Part shown: one piece after another, positions 47,655 to 57,506 of the stretch | How the letters are laid out: each line of letters begins with the position of its first letter | Position numbering within the stretch: position 1 is the first letter of the stretch | The notes under the pieces: model-generated | The model's database searches: none | The model's input: only the letters and a program-made list of their open reading frames with translations | What the model was told of the DNA's origin: nothing | Program-made: the position numbers and the translations under genes | Assembly (NCBI GenBank): GCA_041571435.1 | Contig: JBFFUI010000005.1 | Span: 1-64,000 of the forward strand | Origin: Sulfurimonadaceae bacterium | GTDB taxonomy: Bacteria; Campylobacterota; Campylobacteria; Campylobacterales; Sulfurimonadaceae | Direction: 5' to 3' | Length of the DNA stretch: 64,000 nucleotides

Positions 47655-50069
47655 ATGACCAACTCTGTACTCTACTTTTTGAGCCGCTTCAGTGTTAAGC
47701 TCAAAGTCGGCTTTCTAATCCTTTTTTTGATCACGGGGATCATCTTTTGGAACCTGTCGTACATCTCTACGAACTATCGTCTCTATGGCGAAAAGATAGA
47801 GAACCTCAAATCACTTGAGAAGGTATATGCGATCGAGGCACTGATCACCGCTTTTCAAAATGAACGGCGTGAAGCGCTCAATTTCCTCTACGTGACGCAT
47901 GATCCAGCTGCCTATGATAATAGTGTCAAGATGACACAAAAAAGGCTCGCTGGACTTCAAGAGCTGATGCAACACTGCAACTATGAACAGAAAAAGAAAA
48001 TCGTTCGTCACAGTCTCGAGGGGTTTCCTGAAGTAAGGGCGGAGATCCTTGCACGGAAATTAAGTGGTACAGAGGCCGTACGGTATTACACGGACGGGAT
48101 GATCAAACATCTCATCGATATCGTGGCATCCGTCAGCCAAAAAAACAGCACGGATGGTTTTACCGCCTATTTTGACATTATCAACGCGGTTGAGTACAGT
48201 GCCTTGGAAGCGGATCTTACCATCGCTGTCATGGGTGAGGATGCGCTCAACATCGACCTTTATGACGTGATAGTCCTGCAGGGGGGCAAGGCACAGAGTG
48301 AATTGGACAGTTTTAAACGTATTGCAGACACTGAAATCATTAATAGGCTCTATGCGAACTATCGAACCGGTGATTTTGTCGAAATGAATCTTGAAAAAGA
48401 GAAGTTCCGAAATCACCTCTTCGGTGTCAAAGATGAACCGTTTGACCCTGGTGTATGGAGCAGCGTTACCAAAAACTATATCCAAAACCTTCGACAGATC
48501 TCAGGTCTTGAATTTGAACAGCTTTCGCAGCAGTTGCAATCGGAGGTCGAACACTATCTTTCAAGAGTTTATCAAGACCTGTCAATGTTAATCGTACCTA
48601 TTATCATTGTCGCACTGATAGCTTATTTTATCTTTTTGGATATCAACATGGCACTGCGGACGATGTTGGACTTTTTAAACGGACGCCGCTCCAACGGTGC
48701 CAAAAAAGACCGTTATCTGCTCCTGAAATCACCGAGTGAACTGGGACAGGTCTATCGTCAGCTTTTTGCCTTCAATATGAAGATCAACAAGCAGTTCAAG
48801 ATCATCAGAAGCAACTATGAGTCAGATACATTGACGGGACTTCCGAACCGTGTGAAGTTGCTCAACTCTATGGAAAAAGCCCTCAAAGAGAAAAAGAAGT
48901 TTACACTGCTCTACATCGATATCTATAATTTCTCTCTGATTAACGATTCGTTCGGTCAGACCGTCGGCGATATCTATCTCAAAGAGGCGGCAGCTGTTTT
49001 GCAGAGGCTGGTAAAAGAGATCGCCGTCGATCCGATTATAAAACTGCAGGTATACCGTATGGGCTCTGACGAGTTTGTGATCGTTTGTGCTAATCAGCAA
49101 TACATCTCCCGGGTGGTAGAAGCTTTGACCGATACGTATCTTGTCAAAGTCGACGGCATTGAGATGCCGCTGACCTTTAGCTTCGGTCTGGCCAACAGCA
49201 ATGAGACGTCGACCCGAAGCTCTCTATTGACACAGGCCGAGTTGGCAGTCAAAGATGCGATAGCCAATCAACAGCGTTACAGTGTCTATACGGGTGATGA
49301 CTCCTACAGAGTCAGGTATCAGACTAACCTGGAGTGGGTGAAACGTATTCGAAACGCCTTTGAACACAACCGTTTTGAAGCCCATTTTCAACCGATCGTC
49401 TCGACTAAAGATGAACGCTGTGCCAAGTTCGAGGTCTTGATACGTCTGAGTGAAGAGGAGGGTGAAGAGGTTATCTCACCTGTAGAGTTTCTACCGGTTC
49501 TCCAGAAAATAGGGCTTGAAAAACGTCTTACGAAGGTGATCATCGACCAAAGTTTCGAGCTGATCCATCAGTGTGACAAGGATATCTCCATCAATATGAC
49601 CCGCGACGATCTTGATGAGGACATGCTGCAATATTTAGAGATGAGCCTGCAACTGCATAAGGTTGATGCATCAAGTATATCGATTGAACTGGTCGAGACG
49701 GAAGAGCTGCTCCAGGAGCGGTATATGAAGATCATTCAAGCATTTAAAGCATTGGGGTGTAAGATAGCGATTGACGATTTTGGTACGGGGTACTCAAATT
49801 TTGCCTATTTAACACAGATCCGACCCGATTTCCTGAAGATCGACGGATCGTTGATCAGAGACATCGATGTGAACAGAGAGAGCCGCAGTATCGTAAAAGG
49901 AATTGTAGACCTTGCGCAATCACTTGATGTCACATTGATCGCAGAATTTGTCAGTACACCCGATATTTATGCTATTATTCAAGAATTAGGTATTGAATAC
50001 GCACAGGGCTACCATTTTGGCAAGGCTGAAAGTTGCGATGTGATATTAGCGAAAGAAGGAAAGAAGTGA
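47655..50069 (+). CDS. NIT-like sensor / GGDEF / EAL protein (probable c-di-GMP phosphodiesterase)
   Basis: Two TMs, FQNER (NIT-like), [18 protein letters not shown] and DDFGTGYS. Confidence 0.85.
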   Translation: MTNSVLYFLSRFSVKLKVGFLILFLITGIIFWNLSYISTNYRLYGEKIENLKSLEKVYAIEALITAFQNERREALNFLYVTHDPAAYDNSVKMTQKRLAGLQELMQHCNYEQKKKIVRHSLEGFPEVRAEILARKLSGTEAVRYYTDGMIKHLIDIVASVSQKNSTDGFTAYFDIINAVEYSALEADLTIAVMGEDALNIDLYDVIVLQGGKAQSELDSFKRIADTEIINRLYANYRTGDFVEMNLEKEKFRNHLFGVKDEPFDPGVWSSVTKNYIQNLRQISGLEFEQLSQQLQSEVEHYLSRVYQDLSMLIVPIIIVALIAYFIFLDINMALRTMLDFLNGRRSNGAKKDRYLLLKSPSELGQVYRQLFAFNMKINKQFKIIRSNYESDTLTGLPNRVKLLNSMEKALKEKKKFTLLYIDIYNFSLINDSFGQTVGDIYLKEAAAVLQRLVKEIAVDPIIKLQVYRMGSDEFVIVCANQQYISRVVEALTDTYLVKVDGIEMPLTFSFGLANSNETSTRSSLLTQAELAVKDAIANQQRYSVYTGDDSYRVRYQTNLEWVKRIRNAFEHNRFEAHFQPIVSTKDERCAKFEVLIRLSEEEGEEVISPVEFLPVLQKIGLEKRLTKVIIDQSFELIHQCDKDISINMTRDDLDEDMLQYLEMSLQLHKVDASSISIELVETEELLQERYMKIIQAFKALGCKIAIDDFGTGYSNFAYLTQIRPDFLKIDGSLIRDIDVNRESRSIVKGIVDLAQSLDVTLIAEFVSTPDIYAIIQELGIEYAQGYHFGKAESCDVILAKEGKK

Positions 50070-50986
50070 GACATTTTTTAACACTTAAAGATTACACTAA
50101 AGAGGAGATCCTGGAGATCATCGCTTTAGGTTTGGCGATCAAAAAAGAGCTTAAAAGCGGTGAACGCAAAGCCCATATGGCTAACAAGACCCTGGCCATG
50201 ATCTTTGAGAAAAGTTCAACACGAACACGTGTCAGTTTTGAGAGCGGTATCTTTCAGCTTGGCGGTCACGGGCTTTTCCTCTCCAACCGTGACATCCATC
50301 TCGGTCGCGGCGAACCGGTCAAAGATACGGCACGGGTAATTTCGTCTATGTGTGACATGGTGATGATCCGTACGTTTGCACATTCGATGCTCGAAGAGTT
50401 CGCATCATACTCCACGGTACCTGTTATCAATGGATTGACAGACTCTTATCATCCGGTACAGCTTCTGGCAGATTATATGACGATGGTCGAGCACAACAGA
50501 AGTGAAAACATTGTGGCGGCATATGTCGGAGACGGAAATAACATGACCCATTCGTGGATGATGCTGGCTGCCAAGCTCGGTTTTGAATTGCGTGTGGCTA
50601 CCCCGAACGCTTACGAGGTTGATGCCGATATCAGAAGAGAAGCGGAAGAACTTGCCAAAGAGAGCGGTGCGAAACTGATCTTTACCAACTCCCCTCAAGA
50701 AGCTGTCGCCGGTGCAACTGTCGTAACAACAGATACGTGGGCATCAATGGGGCAAGAGGATGAGAAAGATGAGCGTATCAGGGCTTTTGACGGCTTTATC
50801 GTCGATGAAGCACTGATGGCAGAGGCGCATGAGGAAGCGATCTTCTTGCACTGTCTGCCGGCATATCGCGGTCAAGAGGTAAGTGAAGGTGTTTTGGAAG
50901 GGGCGCAAAGCGTAGTCTTTGATGAGGCAGAGAATCGTCTGCATGCACAAAAAGGTCTGATGGTCTGGTTGGACCGACAACAATAA
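50066..50986 (+). CDS. argF: ornithine carbamoyltransferase
   Basis: STRTR, HPVQ, GDGNN, SMG, HCLP and AENR motifs; GTG start overlapping the upstream stop. Confidence 0.97.
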   Translation: MRHFLTLKDYTKEEILEIIALGLAIKKELKSGERKAHMANKTLAMIFEKSSTRTRVSFESGIFQLGGHGLFLSNRDIHLGRGEPVKDTARVISSMCDMVMIRTFAHSMLEEFASYSTVPVINGLTDSYHPVQLLADYMTMVEHNRSENIVAAYVGDGNNMTHSWMMLAAKLGFELRVATPNAYEVDADIRREAEELAKESGAKLIFTNSPQEAVAGATVVTTDTWASMGQEDEKDERIRAFDGFIVDEALMAEAHEEAIFLHCLPAYRGQEVSEGVLEGAQSVVFDEAENRLHAQKGLMVWLDRQQ

Positions 50987-51147
50987 AATTCTCCCTGTCG
51001 GATCTGTCCCAGGTCTGCAGATCGATCGTCTACTCTCCTGAGGCTCTTGAAAACTGCATTTATCCCTAATTTGGTTACGGTTTTAAGAGAATCTTGCTCT
51101 CGGTCAGTGTATACTCTATCAAAATGTTAAATTATGAAGGTTGTTAC

Positions 51148-52347
51148 ATGTTTAAAATTGGAATATCACTTCTTTTTATGGTTGGGATAAGTTTTGCTGC
51201 ATCACCGGAAGCAGCCCCTAAACTTAATGAAAAGTTTCAAAGTTCAAGTAACTGTAAAACTTGTCATATGCCGATTGTAACGAAGTGGGAGCAATCGTAT
51301 CATGCCAAGTCGCATTACGAGAGTAATGAGTACCTGCGTGCTTCGATGGATTATGTACAACGCAAGACACGAAAATCCATCAATGCGGTCAAAGTACAAT
51401 GTGCCATATGTCACAACCCGCGTATTGCTGTTACTGAGACCGGCATCGATTATGAGATCGCTGCCGTGATGGAGCTTGACAAAGGTTCTGCTGTCAACAA
51501 AGCGGTTAACAGTAAAGATATCGCCGAGGGGATCAACTGTCTGGTCTGTCACAATGTTGACAGTATTAACGAGCACCTTCCAGAATCAAAACGCGGTATC
51601 CATCGTATAACATGGAACCCTGTCGGTGTTATGAGCGGACCGTTCGCCGATGCCAAATCCCCGTACCACAACACCCAACAGCGCGACTTTTTCAGTAAAG
51701 ACCCTAAAGAACTCTGCTTTGTCTGCCATGCGAATGACCGTTCTGTAGGCGGTTTTGTCTTTGCTAATACAAAGCGTGAATATAAAGAGACACAAAAACA
51801 GTGTGCTGACTGCCATATGAGTCCGAAAAAGCCGGGTGTTGCAAGTACACTTCCAATTGACAACGGCAAGCAGAAAAAACGTATGGTCCGTGAACACAGT
51901 TTTGCGGGAGCGCATGCGACATCGATGTGGAATGGCGCGCTGGATGTCAGCGGTAAAAAAATCGGTGATAACCTGCTTGTTACAATCAGCAATAGTAATC
52001 CGCACAACATACCTACAGGTTTCGGAGCGAGAGAAATCGTTGTTGATGTGGTCTATATGTCCGGCAGCAGTGTCGTGGATAAAAAGGTGTATTCATTGAC
52101 ACAGCACTATACCGACAAGCGCGGCAAAGCCACAATCCCGCACCTGGCAGTAAAAGCTACGGAAGCGATGTCAATTCCTGCACACGGCAAGCGCGACTTT
52201 TCTGTGAAGATCCCGAAAGGCACGGGTAATGCAGTCGTTACTGTTTCGTATAGACTGGTTAACAATGAAGTAAGAGCGTTGTTGAAACTCAAAGAGAAAG
52301 AGTGGGGCGAAAAGAAATTTATCGCCAAAGCGACTGTTCGCTTTTAA
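51148..52347 (+). CDS. periplasmic pentaheme cytochrome c with C-terminal beta domain
   Basis: Signal peptide; CKTCH, CAICH, CLVCH, CFVCH, CADCH; HNIPTG. Confidence 0.88.
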   Translation: MFKIGISLLFMVGISFAASPEAAPKLNEKFQSSSNCKTCHMPIVTKWEQSYHAKSHYESNEYLRASMDYVQRKTRKSINAVKVQCAICHNPRIAVTETGIDYEIAAVMELDKGSAVNKAVNSKDIAEGINCLVCHNVDSINEHLPESKRGIHRITWNPVGVMSGPFADAKSPYHNTQQRDFFSKDPKELCFVCHANDRSVGGFVFANTKREYKETQKQCADCHMSPKKPGVASTLPIDNGKQKKRMVREHSFAGAHATSMWNGALDVSGKKIGDNLLVTISNSNPHNIPTGFGAREIVVDVVYMSGSSVVDKKVYSLTQHYTDKRGKATIPHLAVKATEAMSIPAHGKRDFSVKIPKGTGNAVVTVSYRLVNNEVRALLKLKEKEWGEKKFIAKATVRF

Positions 52348-52363
52348 GAGGCAAGAGCCTCTT
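52346..52363. terminator. bidirectional hairpin between convergent genes
   Basis: AAGAGGC-aaga-GCCTCTT with a T-rich 3' flank. Confidence 0.5.
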
Positions 52364-52372
52364 TAGTTTTTA

Positions 52373-52579
52373 CTACCCGCGCATCTGCATCGTAATTAAA
52401 AAATCCTCACCCTCTTGTCTGACGGCAAACTGATGTTTACCGCAGAAATCATCATTCATCTTTCTTGCAAGTTCACCTGCTTCTATCAGCGCATCATCTT
52501 TATCGCTAAAAGTGGTTACGGTCTGGATATTGGCACGACGAACACAGCCGCACTCTCGTTCTATAATAATTTTATGCAT
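52373..52579 (-). CDS. small Cys/His-containing hypothetical protein
   Basis: AAGGA RBS; ECGC and FCGKH motifs. Confidence 0.7.
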   Translation of the reverse strand: MHKIIIERECGCVRRANIQTVTTFSDKDDALIEAGELARKMNDDFCGKHQFAVRQEGEDFLITMQMRG

Positions 52580-52680
52580 GGTATTTCCTTCGTAAAATTT
52601 TGCGAAGTATAGTTAAAGAGATTTAAGCAGAAATAAGGTGTTTCGGTCCCATGGACCGGTTAAGAATAGAGGAAGCAGGG

Positions 52681-53646
52681 TTAGTATTTGATACCTGTGG
52701 CCTGACGTACTTTTTCGATAATAGGCATCGCCACATTACGTGCTTTTGATGCACCGAAAGCAAGGATCTCGCGTACTTCATCCTGGTTGTTCTCAAAGTA
52801 TTCGCGCTTTTCGCGGTAGGGGCGGAAGTACTCCCAGATCACATCGTGAAGGTTAAGTTTGAAGTGACCGTGCCCTTCGCCACCGCGTTCATAGCGTTCC
52901 TGAAGCTCTTTTTGCTCCTCTTTGTTCAAAAAGAGTTTGGTAATGTTGTAGACATTGCAGTTCTCCCACTCTTTTGGATCTTCGAGCGGTACGGCTTCCG
53001 TGACGATCTTTTTGATTGTTTTGAGCTGTTTCTTCTCTTCGCCGAAGATGTTGATGATGTTGCCGTAGGATTTGGACATCTTCTGTCCGTCAATACCCGG
53101 AACAGTTGCGACCTTGTCGTCGACACGGTGTTCCGGGATCACAAAGACATCGCCGTGCATGTTGTTGAACTTAGTCGCAATATCACGTGCCATCTCGACA
53201 TGCTGGATCTGGTCTTTTCCGACCGGGATGACATCCGAGTTGAAGAGCAGAATATCGGCTGCCATCAGAACAGGGTAGGAGAAGAGGTTATGGTTGCTCG
53301 CGATCCCTCTTGCCGTGTTATCTTTATAGCTGTGGCCGCGTTCCAGAAGACCCATTGGTGTAAAAGCTGAAAGCGCCCAGTAGAGTTCGAGCACCTCTTT
53401 GACATCAGACTGTACCCAGAAGGTCGACTTTTCCGGGTCTACACCAAGGGCCAAAAAGTCGATAGCTGCCTGCATCGTCAATGCAGCCAGACGTTCCCCG
53501 TCATGGACCGAGGTCATTGCATGGTAATTGGCAATAAAAGCGAAAACCTCGCTATTGTCTTGTGAATCGACCATCTGCTTGATCGAACCGAAATAGTTAC
53601 CAATGTGTAGATCTCCAGAGGACTGGATTCCAGTTAAAACGCGCAC
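52681..53646 (-). CDS. trpS: tryptophan--tRNA ligase
   Basis: HIGN and KMSKS class I signatures, YPVLMAADIL, VGKDQ; GTG start after AAGGA. Confidence 0.97.
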   Translation of the reverse strand: MRVLTGIQSSGDLHIGNYFGSIKQMVDSQDNSEVFAFIANYHAMTSVHDGERLAALTMQAAIDFLALGVDPEKSTFWVQSDVKEVLELYWALSAFTPMGLLERGHSYKDNTARGIASNHNLFSYPVLMAADILLFNSDVIPVGKDQIQHVEMARDIATKFNNMHGDVFVIPEHRVDDKVATVPGIDGQKMSKSYGNIINIFGEEKKQLKTIKKIVTEAVPLEDPKEWENCNVYNITKLFLNKEEQKELQERYERGGEGHGHFKLNLHDVIWEYFRPYREKREYFENNQDEVREILAFGASKARNVAMPIIEKVRQATGIKY

Positions 53647-53794
53647 ATCTTTTCCTTTATTAGGGCCATTTTGATGATGCAATTATAGCCAATTAGTCTC
53701 TGATTATCATTATTTCTAAAAGGAGTTGCCCGACGTTAATCTTTTATTATATTAGATGTGATATTCTAAAATATATCAAGTAAAAGGATGAATT

Positions 53795-54130
53795 ATGAAT
53801 ATTCAAATTCGAGCAAAAGACATTACTCTAAATGAGCACACGAAAGCGCATATTGATGCAGCAGTAGAGCAATTTATGAAATATGGTCTGGACATTACAA
53901 CAACAAATGTTGTCCTCACTAAAGAAAAAAATGGTGTTGGTGTCGAGTTTGAGTTTCATATCGCCCACAATACACCGGTCATCATCAACCAAAGCGACAA
54001 AGATCTGGATGCTGCTATCGACGTGGCGATCGATCGTGCAAGCAAAGCACTCCGTCGTATGCATGATAAAAATGTTACACGTCGCGGTGGCTCTATCAAA
54101 GACGTAGAACTTGTTGAAGAAGAGGCATAA
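53795..54130 (+). CDS. hpf: ribosome hibernation promoting factor (short HPF/RaiA)
   Basis: MNIQI.AKDI.L....K... DLDAAID.A.D...KALRR..DK pattern. Confidence 0.85.
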   Translation: MNIQIRAKDITLNEHTKAHIDAAVEQFMKYGLDITTTNVVLTKEKNGVGVEFEFHIAHNTPVIINQSDKDLDAAIDVAIDRASKALRRMHDKNVTRRGGSIKDVELVEEEA

Positions 54131-54150
54131 CCTTTTCGACATACCTTTTA

Positions 54151-54173
54151 GGAAGCCCCGAGAGGGTGCTTCC
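54151..54173 (+). terminator. hairpin after hpf
   Basis: GGAAGCCCC-gaga-GGGTGCTTCC. Confidence 0.45.
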
Positions 54174-54255
54174 GATCTCCTCTCCCATTTATGTTCTATT
54201 TTCAAAGTTATTTTATAATCTAAATCACATTACTCATTAATATCAGGAAATTATC

Positions 54256-54687
54256 ATGGATAAAATAAAAGTCGTCTGTCCCCACTGTTCAAAAGTAAAT
54301 GCGATCCCTTATAAAGCCTCTTATAATCGAGCTAACTGTGGCGAATGTAAAGGCTCATTGTTGGATACAAAAACGGTTCAGCTGACAAGTGCCGATTTTG
54401 ACCATCACCTTGTCAACAGTGATATTGTCGTTGTAGTGGACTTCTGGGCACCGTGGTGCGGGCCTTGCAAGATGATGGCACCCGCTTTTGAAGAGGCTGC
54501 AGCATTGTTCCCGCTCAAGGCCCGTTTTGCCAAGATCAACACAGAAGAGCAGCAGGCTCCTTCCGCCAAATTCGGTATCCGATCCATCCCGACAATGATC
54601 GCATTTAAAAACGGCAAAGAGCTTGACCGTGTTTCCGGCGCCTTAAGTGTTGACCAGATCAAACAGTGGGTCGGGCAGTTTATTTAG
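54256..54687 (+). CDS. trxC: thioredoxin 2 (zinc-finger thioredoxin)
   Basis: CPHC...CGEC N-terminal zinc finger and WCGPC active site. Confidence 0.93.
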   Translation: MDKIKVVCPHCSKVNAIPYKASYNRANCGECKGSLLDTKTVQLTSADFDHHLVNSDIVVVVDFWAPWCGPCKMMAPAFEEAAALFPLKARFAKINTEEQQAPSAKFGIRSIPTMIAFKNGKELDRVSGALSVDQIKQWVGQFI

Positions 54688-54750
54688 TCCTGCCGAAAGA
54701 CAAATTTTCATTTTTTGCTATAATTCCGCAATTTATTTGAGGAAGCCGTC

Positions 54751-55380
54751 ATCCGTTTTTTATTTATTATAACTGTGATCTTTTTCATTACACTGCATGC
54801 AGAGGGTGTTGAGAGCGACAACAAGCCGTTCTCGTTTCGCTTGGGCTATGGTGTCGCTGATGCTAACAACCTCGGTGATATCCTTATCGGTGACTGGAAC
54901 CGTTACGATAAAGAGACTACTGTGATCAACATGGAGGGCGGTTGGCGGTTTGTCGAAAACGCCTTTGACTACCCGTTTGATTTCTATCTTAAAGGCGGAG
55001 TCTCGTACTTTGACGAAAACGGGTATGCCGAGGACTTTTTAGAGGCGACGCTGTACATCAAGGTCTACGGTAAAGTCGATTTTTGGGACAACCGTCTCCG
55101 GATAGGCTTTGGAGAAGGTTTCTCTTATGCACAGCATGTTCCGATCGCCGAGGTAGATGATGCCGCCAATAATGATGGTACGAGTGATCCGACAACCAAA
55201 TTTCTGAACTATCTGGATATCTCGTTTGACATTGATCTGGGTCGTCTGGTCCGTATCGAGAGCATAAAAGATACGTACCTCGGGTACACGTTGAAACACC
55301 GGTCCGGTGTTTTCGGTCTTTACGGAAGAGTCCATGGTGGTTCAAACTACAACATGGTGACTCTGGAAAAAAACTTTTAA
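54751..55380 (+). CDS. outer-membrane beta-barrel protein of unknown function
   Basis: KHRSGVFG...GGSNY, terminal Phe. Track start is GTG 54775, but an in-frame ATC at 54751 after GAGGA completes a signal peptide. Confidence 0.7.
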   Translation: MRFLFIITVIFFITLHAEGVESDNKPFSFRLGYGVADANNLGDILIGDWNRYDKETTVINMEGGWRFVENAFDYPFDFYLKGGVSYFDENGYAEDFLEATLYIKVYGKVDFWDNRLRIGFGEGFSYAQHVPIAEVDDAANNDGTSDPTTKFLNYLDISFDIDLGRLVRIESIKDTYLGYTLKHRSGVFGLYGRVHGGSNYNMVTLEKNF

Positions 55381-55389
55381 GGATTCGCT

Positions 55390-55833
55390 ATGTATCAATG
55401 GATGTTATGGTTTCACATTATCTCGATGGTGAGTTGGTTCGCCGTCCTCTTCTACTTGCCGCGTCTTTTTGTCTACCACGCCGAAAATGCTGACAATGCA
55501 GGTTTCATCGAGGTGGTCAAGGTGATGGAGATGAAGATCTACAAGTATATCGGTGTACCGGCATTCTGGGCGACACTGCTCTCAGGGCTTATGCTGATTT
55601 ACCTGGCAACGGATCATTATGGAGTAAGCATTTTCAAGATGGGGGGCTGGTTCCACGCCAAACTTCTCTTTGTCGCGATCCTGATTGGCTACTTCTTCTC
55701 TATGGGCTATTACCGTAAAAAACTACTGGAGGACAACCGTATAAAAAGCGGGAAGTTTTTCAGGATCTATAACGAAGGCCCGACAATTCTGTTACTGCTC
55801 ATCGTTGCTATGGTGGTCGTTAGACCGTTTTAA
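55390..55833 (+). CDS. hemJ: protoporphyrinogen IX oxidase HemJ
   Basis: W..FHII..VSWFA.LFYLPRLFVYH, W.HAKL, FFRIYNE.P motifs. Confidence 0.92.
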   Translation: MYQWMLWFHIISMVSWFAVLFYLPRLFVYHAENADNAGFIEVVKVMEMKIYKYIGVPAFWATLLSGLMLIYLATDHYGVSIFKMGGWFHAKLLFVAILIGYFFSMGYYRKKLLEDNRIKSGKFFRIYNEGPTILLLLIVAMVVVRPF

Positions 55834-56091
55834 CGAATTTTACACGTCTGCAAACCAGTTTCAGAATATTAGGTTTGCGATACCAACGATTGGTATTCGT
55901 ATCAATCTTGAGGCACGATAAAATACAAGATTACTTCTCACACATTTAATGCGTACAATTTTTAAAAACAATTTTTTGAGTATTCAATAAATAGGTTATT
56001 TATCATACCGATTTTGCTCTACAAAATGTAGTTTTTTTTTGCATAAAGCACAAGACGATATAATACTTTTTCTAATAGTAGGATGAATAAA

Positions 56092-57498
56092 GTGTTATTT
56101 AATAGCTATGAATTTATATTTTTATTCTTACCTTTTAGTCTATTCATATATTTCTATTTACTAGAGAAGCGTTTGATTGTAGGGGCTAAGGGGTTTATGG
56201 TTTTTATGTCAATGTTCTTTTATTCATGGTGGAATATTGCTTACCTGCCTATCATATTGTCTTCAATGTTATTTAACTACGTTGTGGGTAACTCTTTAAA
56301 TGAGAATTTTAAAAGAATTTATGTTCATAAAAAGACATTATTGGCTTTTGGAATTATCGGAAATATTATGCTGCTTGGGTATTTTAAATATTCTGATTTT
56401 ATGATTGTGAACTATAATATTCTATTCGACGAGTCAATGCCATTATTACAGTTGGCTTTGCCTTTGGCTATCAGTTTTTTTACCTTTCAACAGATCGCTT
56501 ATTTGGTTGATTCATATCGCGGAGAAACGGCTGAATATGATTTTTTGAATTATGCACTTTTTGTTACGTTTTTTCCTCAGCTTATTGCTGGACCGATTGT
56601 ACATCATACTCAAATGATGCCACAATTCGCATCGAAATGGAATCAAGTCAAGAACTATGGAAATATCGCTACAGGTCTATTTATATTTTCAATAGGTCTA
56701 TTTAAAAAGGTAGTGATCGCAGATACCTTTGCGGTATGGGCTACTGATGGATTTGATTATGGACAAACGTTATATTTTACCGATGCCTGGATTACTTCTT
56801 TATCCTATACATTTCAGTTGTATTTTGATTTTAGTGGCTACATGGACATGGCAGTAGGTGCGGCATTATTGTTCAATATCAAGCTGCCTATCAACTTTAA
56901 CTCACCCTATAAGGCTTTAGATATTCAGGAGTTTTGGAGACGTTGGCACATTACCTTATCACATTTTTTACGCGACTATGTCTATATTCCTTTAGGTGGA
57001 AACCGCGATGGAAACTTTAAAACATACAATAATATTCTTGTGACCTTTATTATAGGAGGCATTTGGCATGGTGCCGGCTGGACATTTGTTTTTTGGGGTT
57101 TCCTTCACGGTATGGCATTGGTTTTATACCATATCTGGAAGACGCTCGGTTTTACCTTACCTAATATTCTGGCTTGGTTCCTTACTTTTAACTTTATAAA
57201 TGTTTCTTGGGTTTTTTTTCGCGCAGAAGAGTGGAAAGATGCCATAAAAGTATTGAAGGGGATGATAGGCGCAAATGGAGTAGATATATTGAATGTATTA
57301 AGTCTTGAAGTAAAGCAAGTAGCTATAGTCTGGATTATAATAGGGTTTATTCTGGTTCTGTTATTTCAAAATTCAAATAACTACAGAAATAAGAAGATGA
57401 CAAGGGGATTGATTGTGACAGCTTCTCTTGTGTTTTCTTACGCTGTGATACACCTTTTCGCGAATACAACAGAAGTTTTTCTATATTTTAATTTTTAG
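56092..57498 (+). CDS. MBOAT family O-acyltransferase (second copy)
   Basis: Same motifs as 8513..9988 (FFPQLIAGPI, FWRRWH, GIWHG, FLYFNF). GTG 56092 matches the paralog start; ATG 56083 is the alternative. Confidence 0.93.
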   Translation: MLFNSYEFIFLFLPFSLFIYFYLLEKRLIVGAKGFMVFMSMFFYSWWNIAYLPIILSSMLFNYVVGNSLNENFKRIYVHKKTLLAFGIIGNIMLLGYFKYSDFMIVNYNILFDESMPLLQLALPLAISFFTFQQIAYLVDSYRGETAEYDFLNYALFVTFFPQLIAGPIVHHTQMMPQFASKWNQVKNYGNIATGLFIFSIGLFKKVVIADTFAVWATDGFDYGQTLYFTDAWITSLSYTFQLYFDFSGYMDMAVGAALLFNIKLPINFNSPYKALDIQEFWRRWHITLSHFLRDYVYIPLGGNRDGNFKTYNNILVTFIIGGIWHGAGWTFVFWGFLHGMALVLYHIWKTLGFTLPNILAWFLTFNFINVSWVFFRAEEWKDAIKVLKGMIGANGVDILNVLSLEVKQVAIVWIIIGFILVLLFQNSNNYRNKKMTRGLIVTASLVFSYAVIHLFANTTEVFLYFNF

Positions 57499-57506
57499 GT
57501 GCGCTC

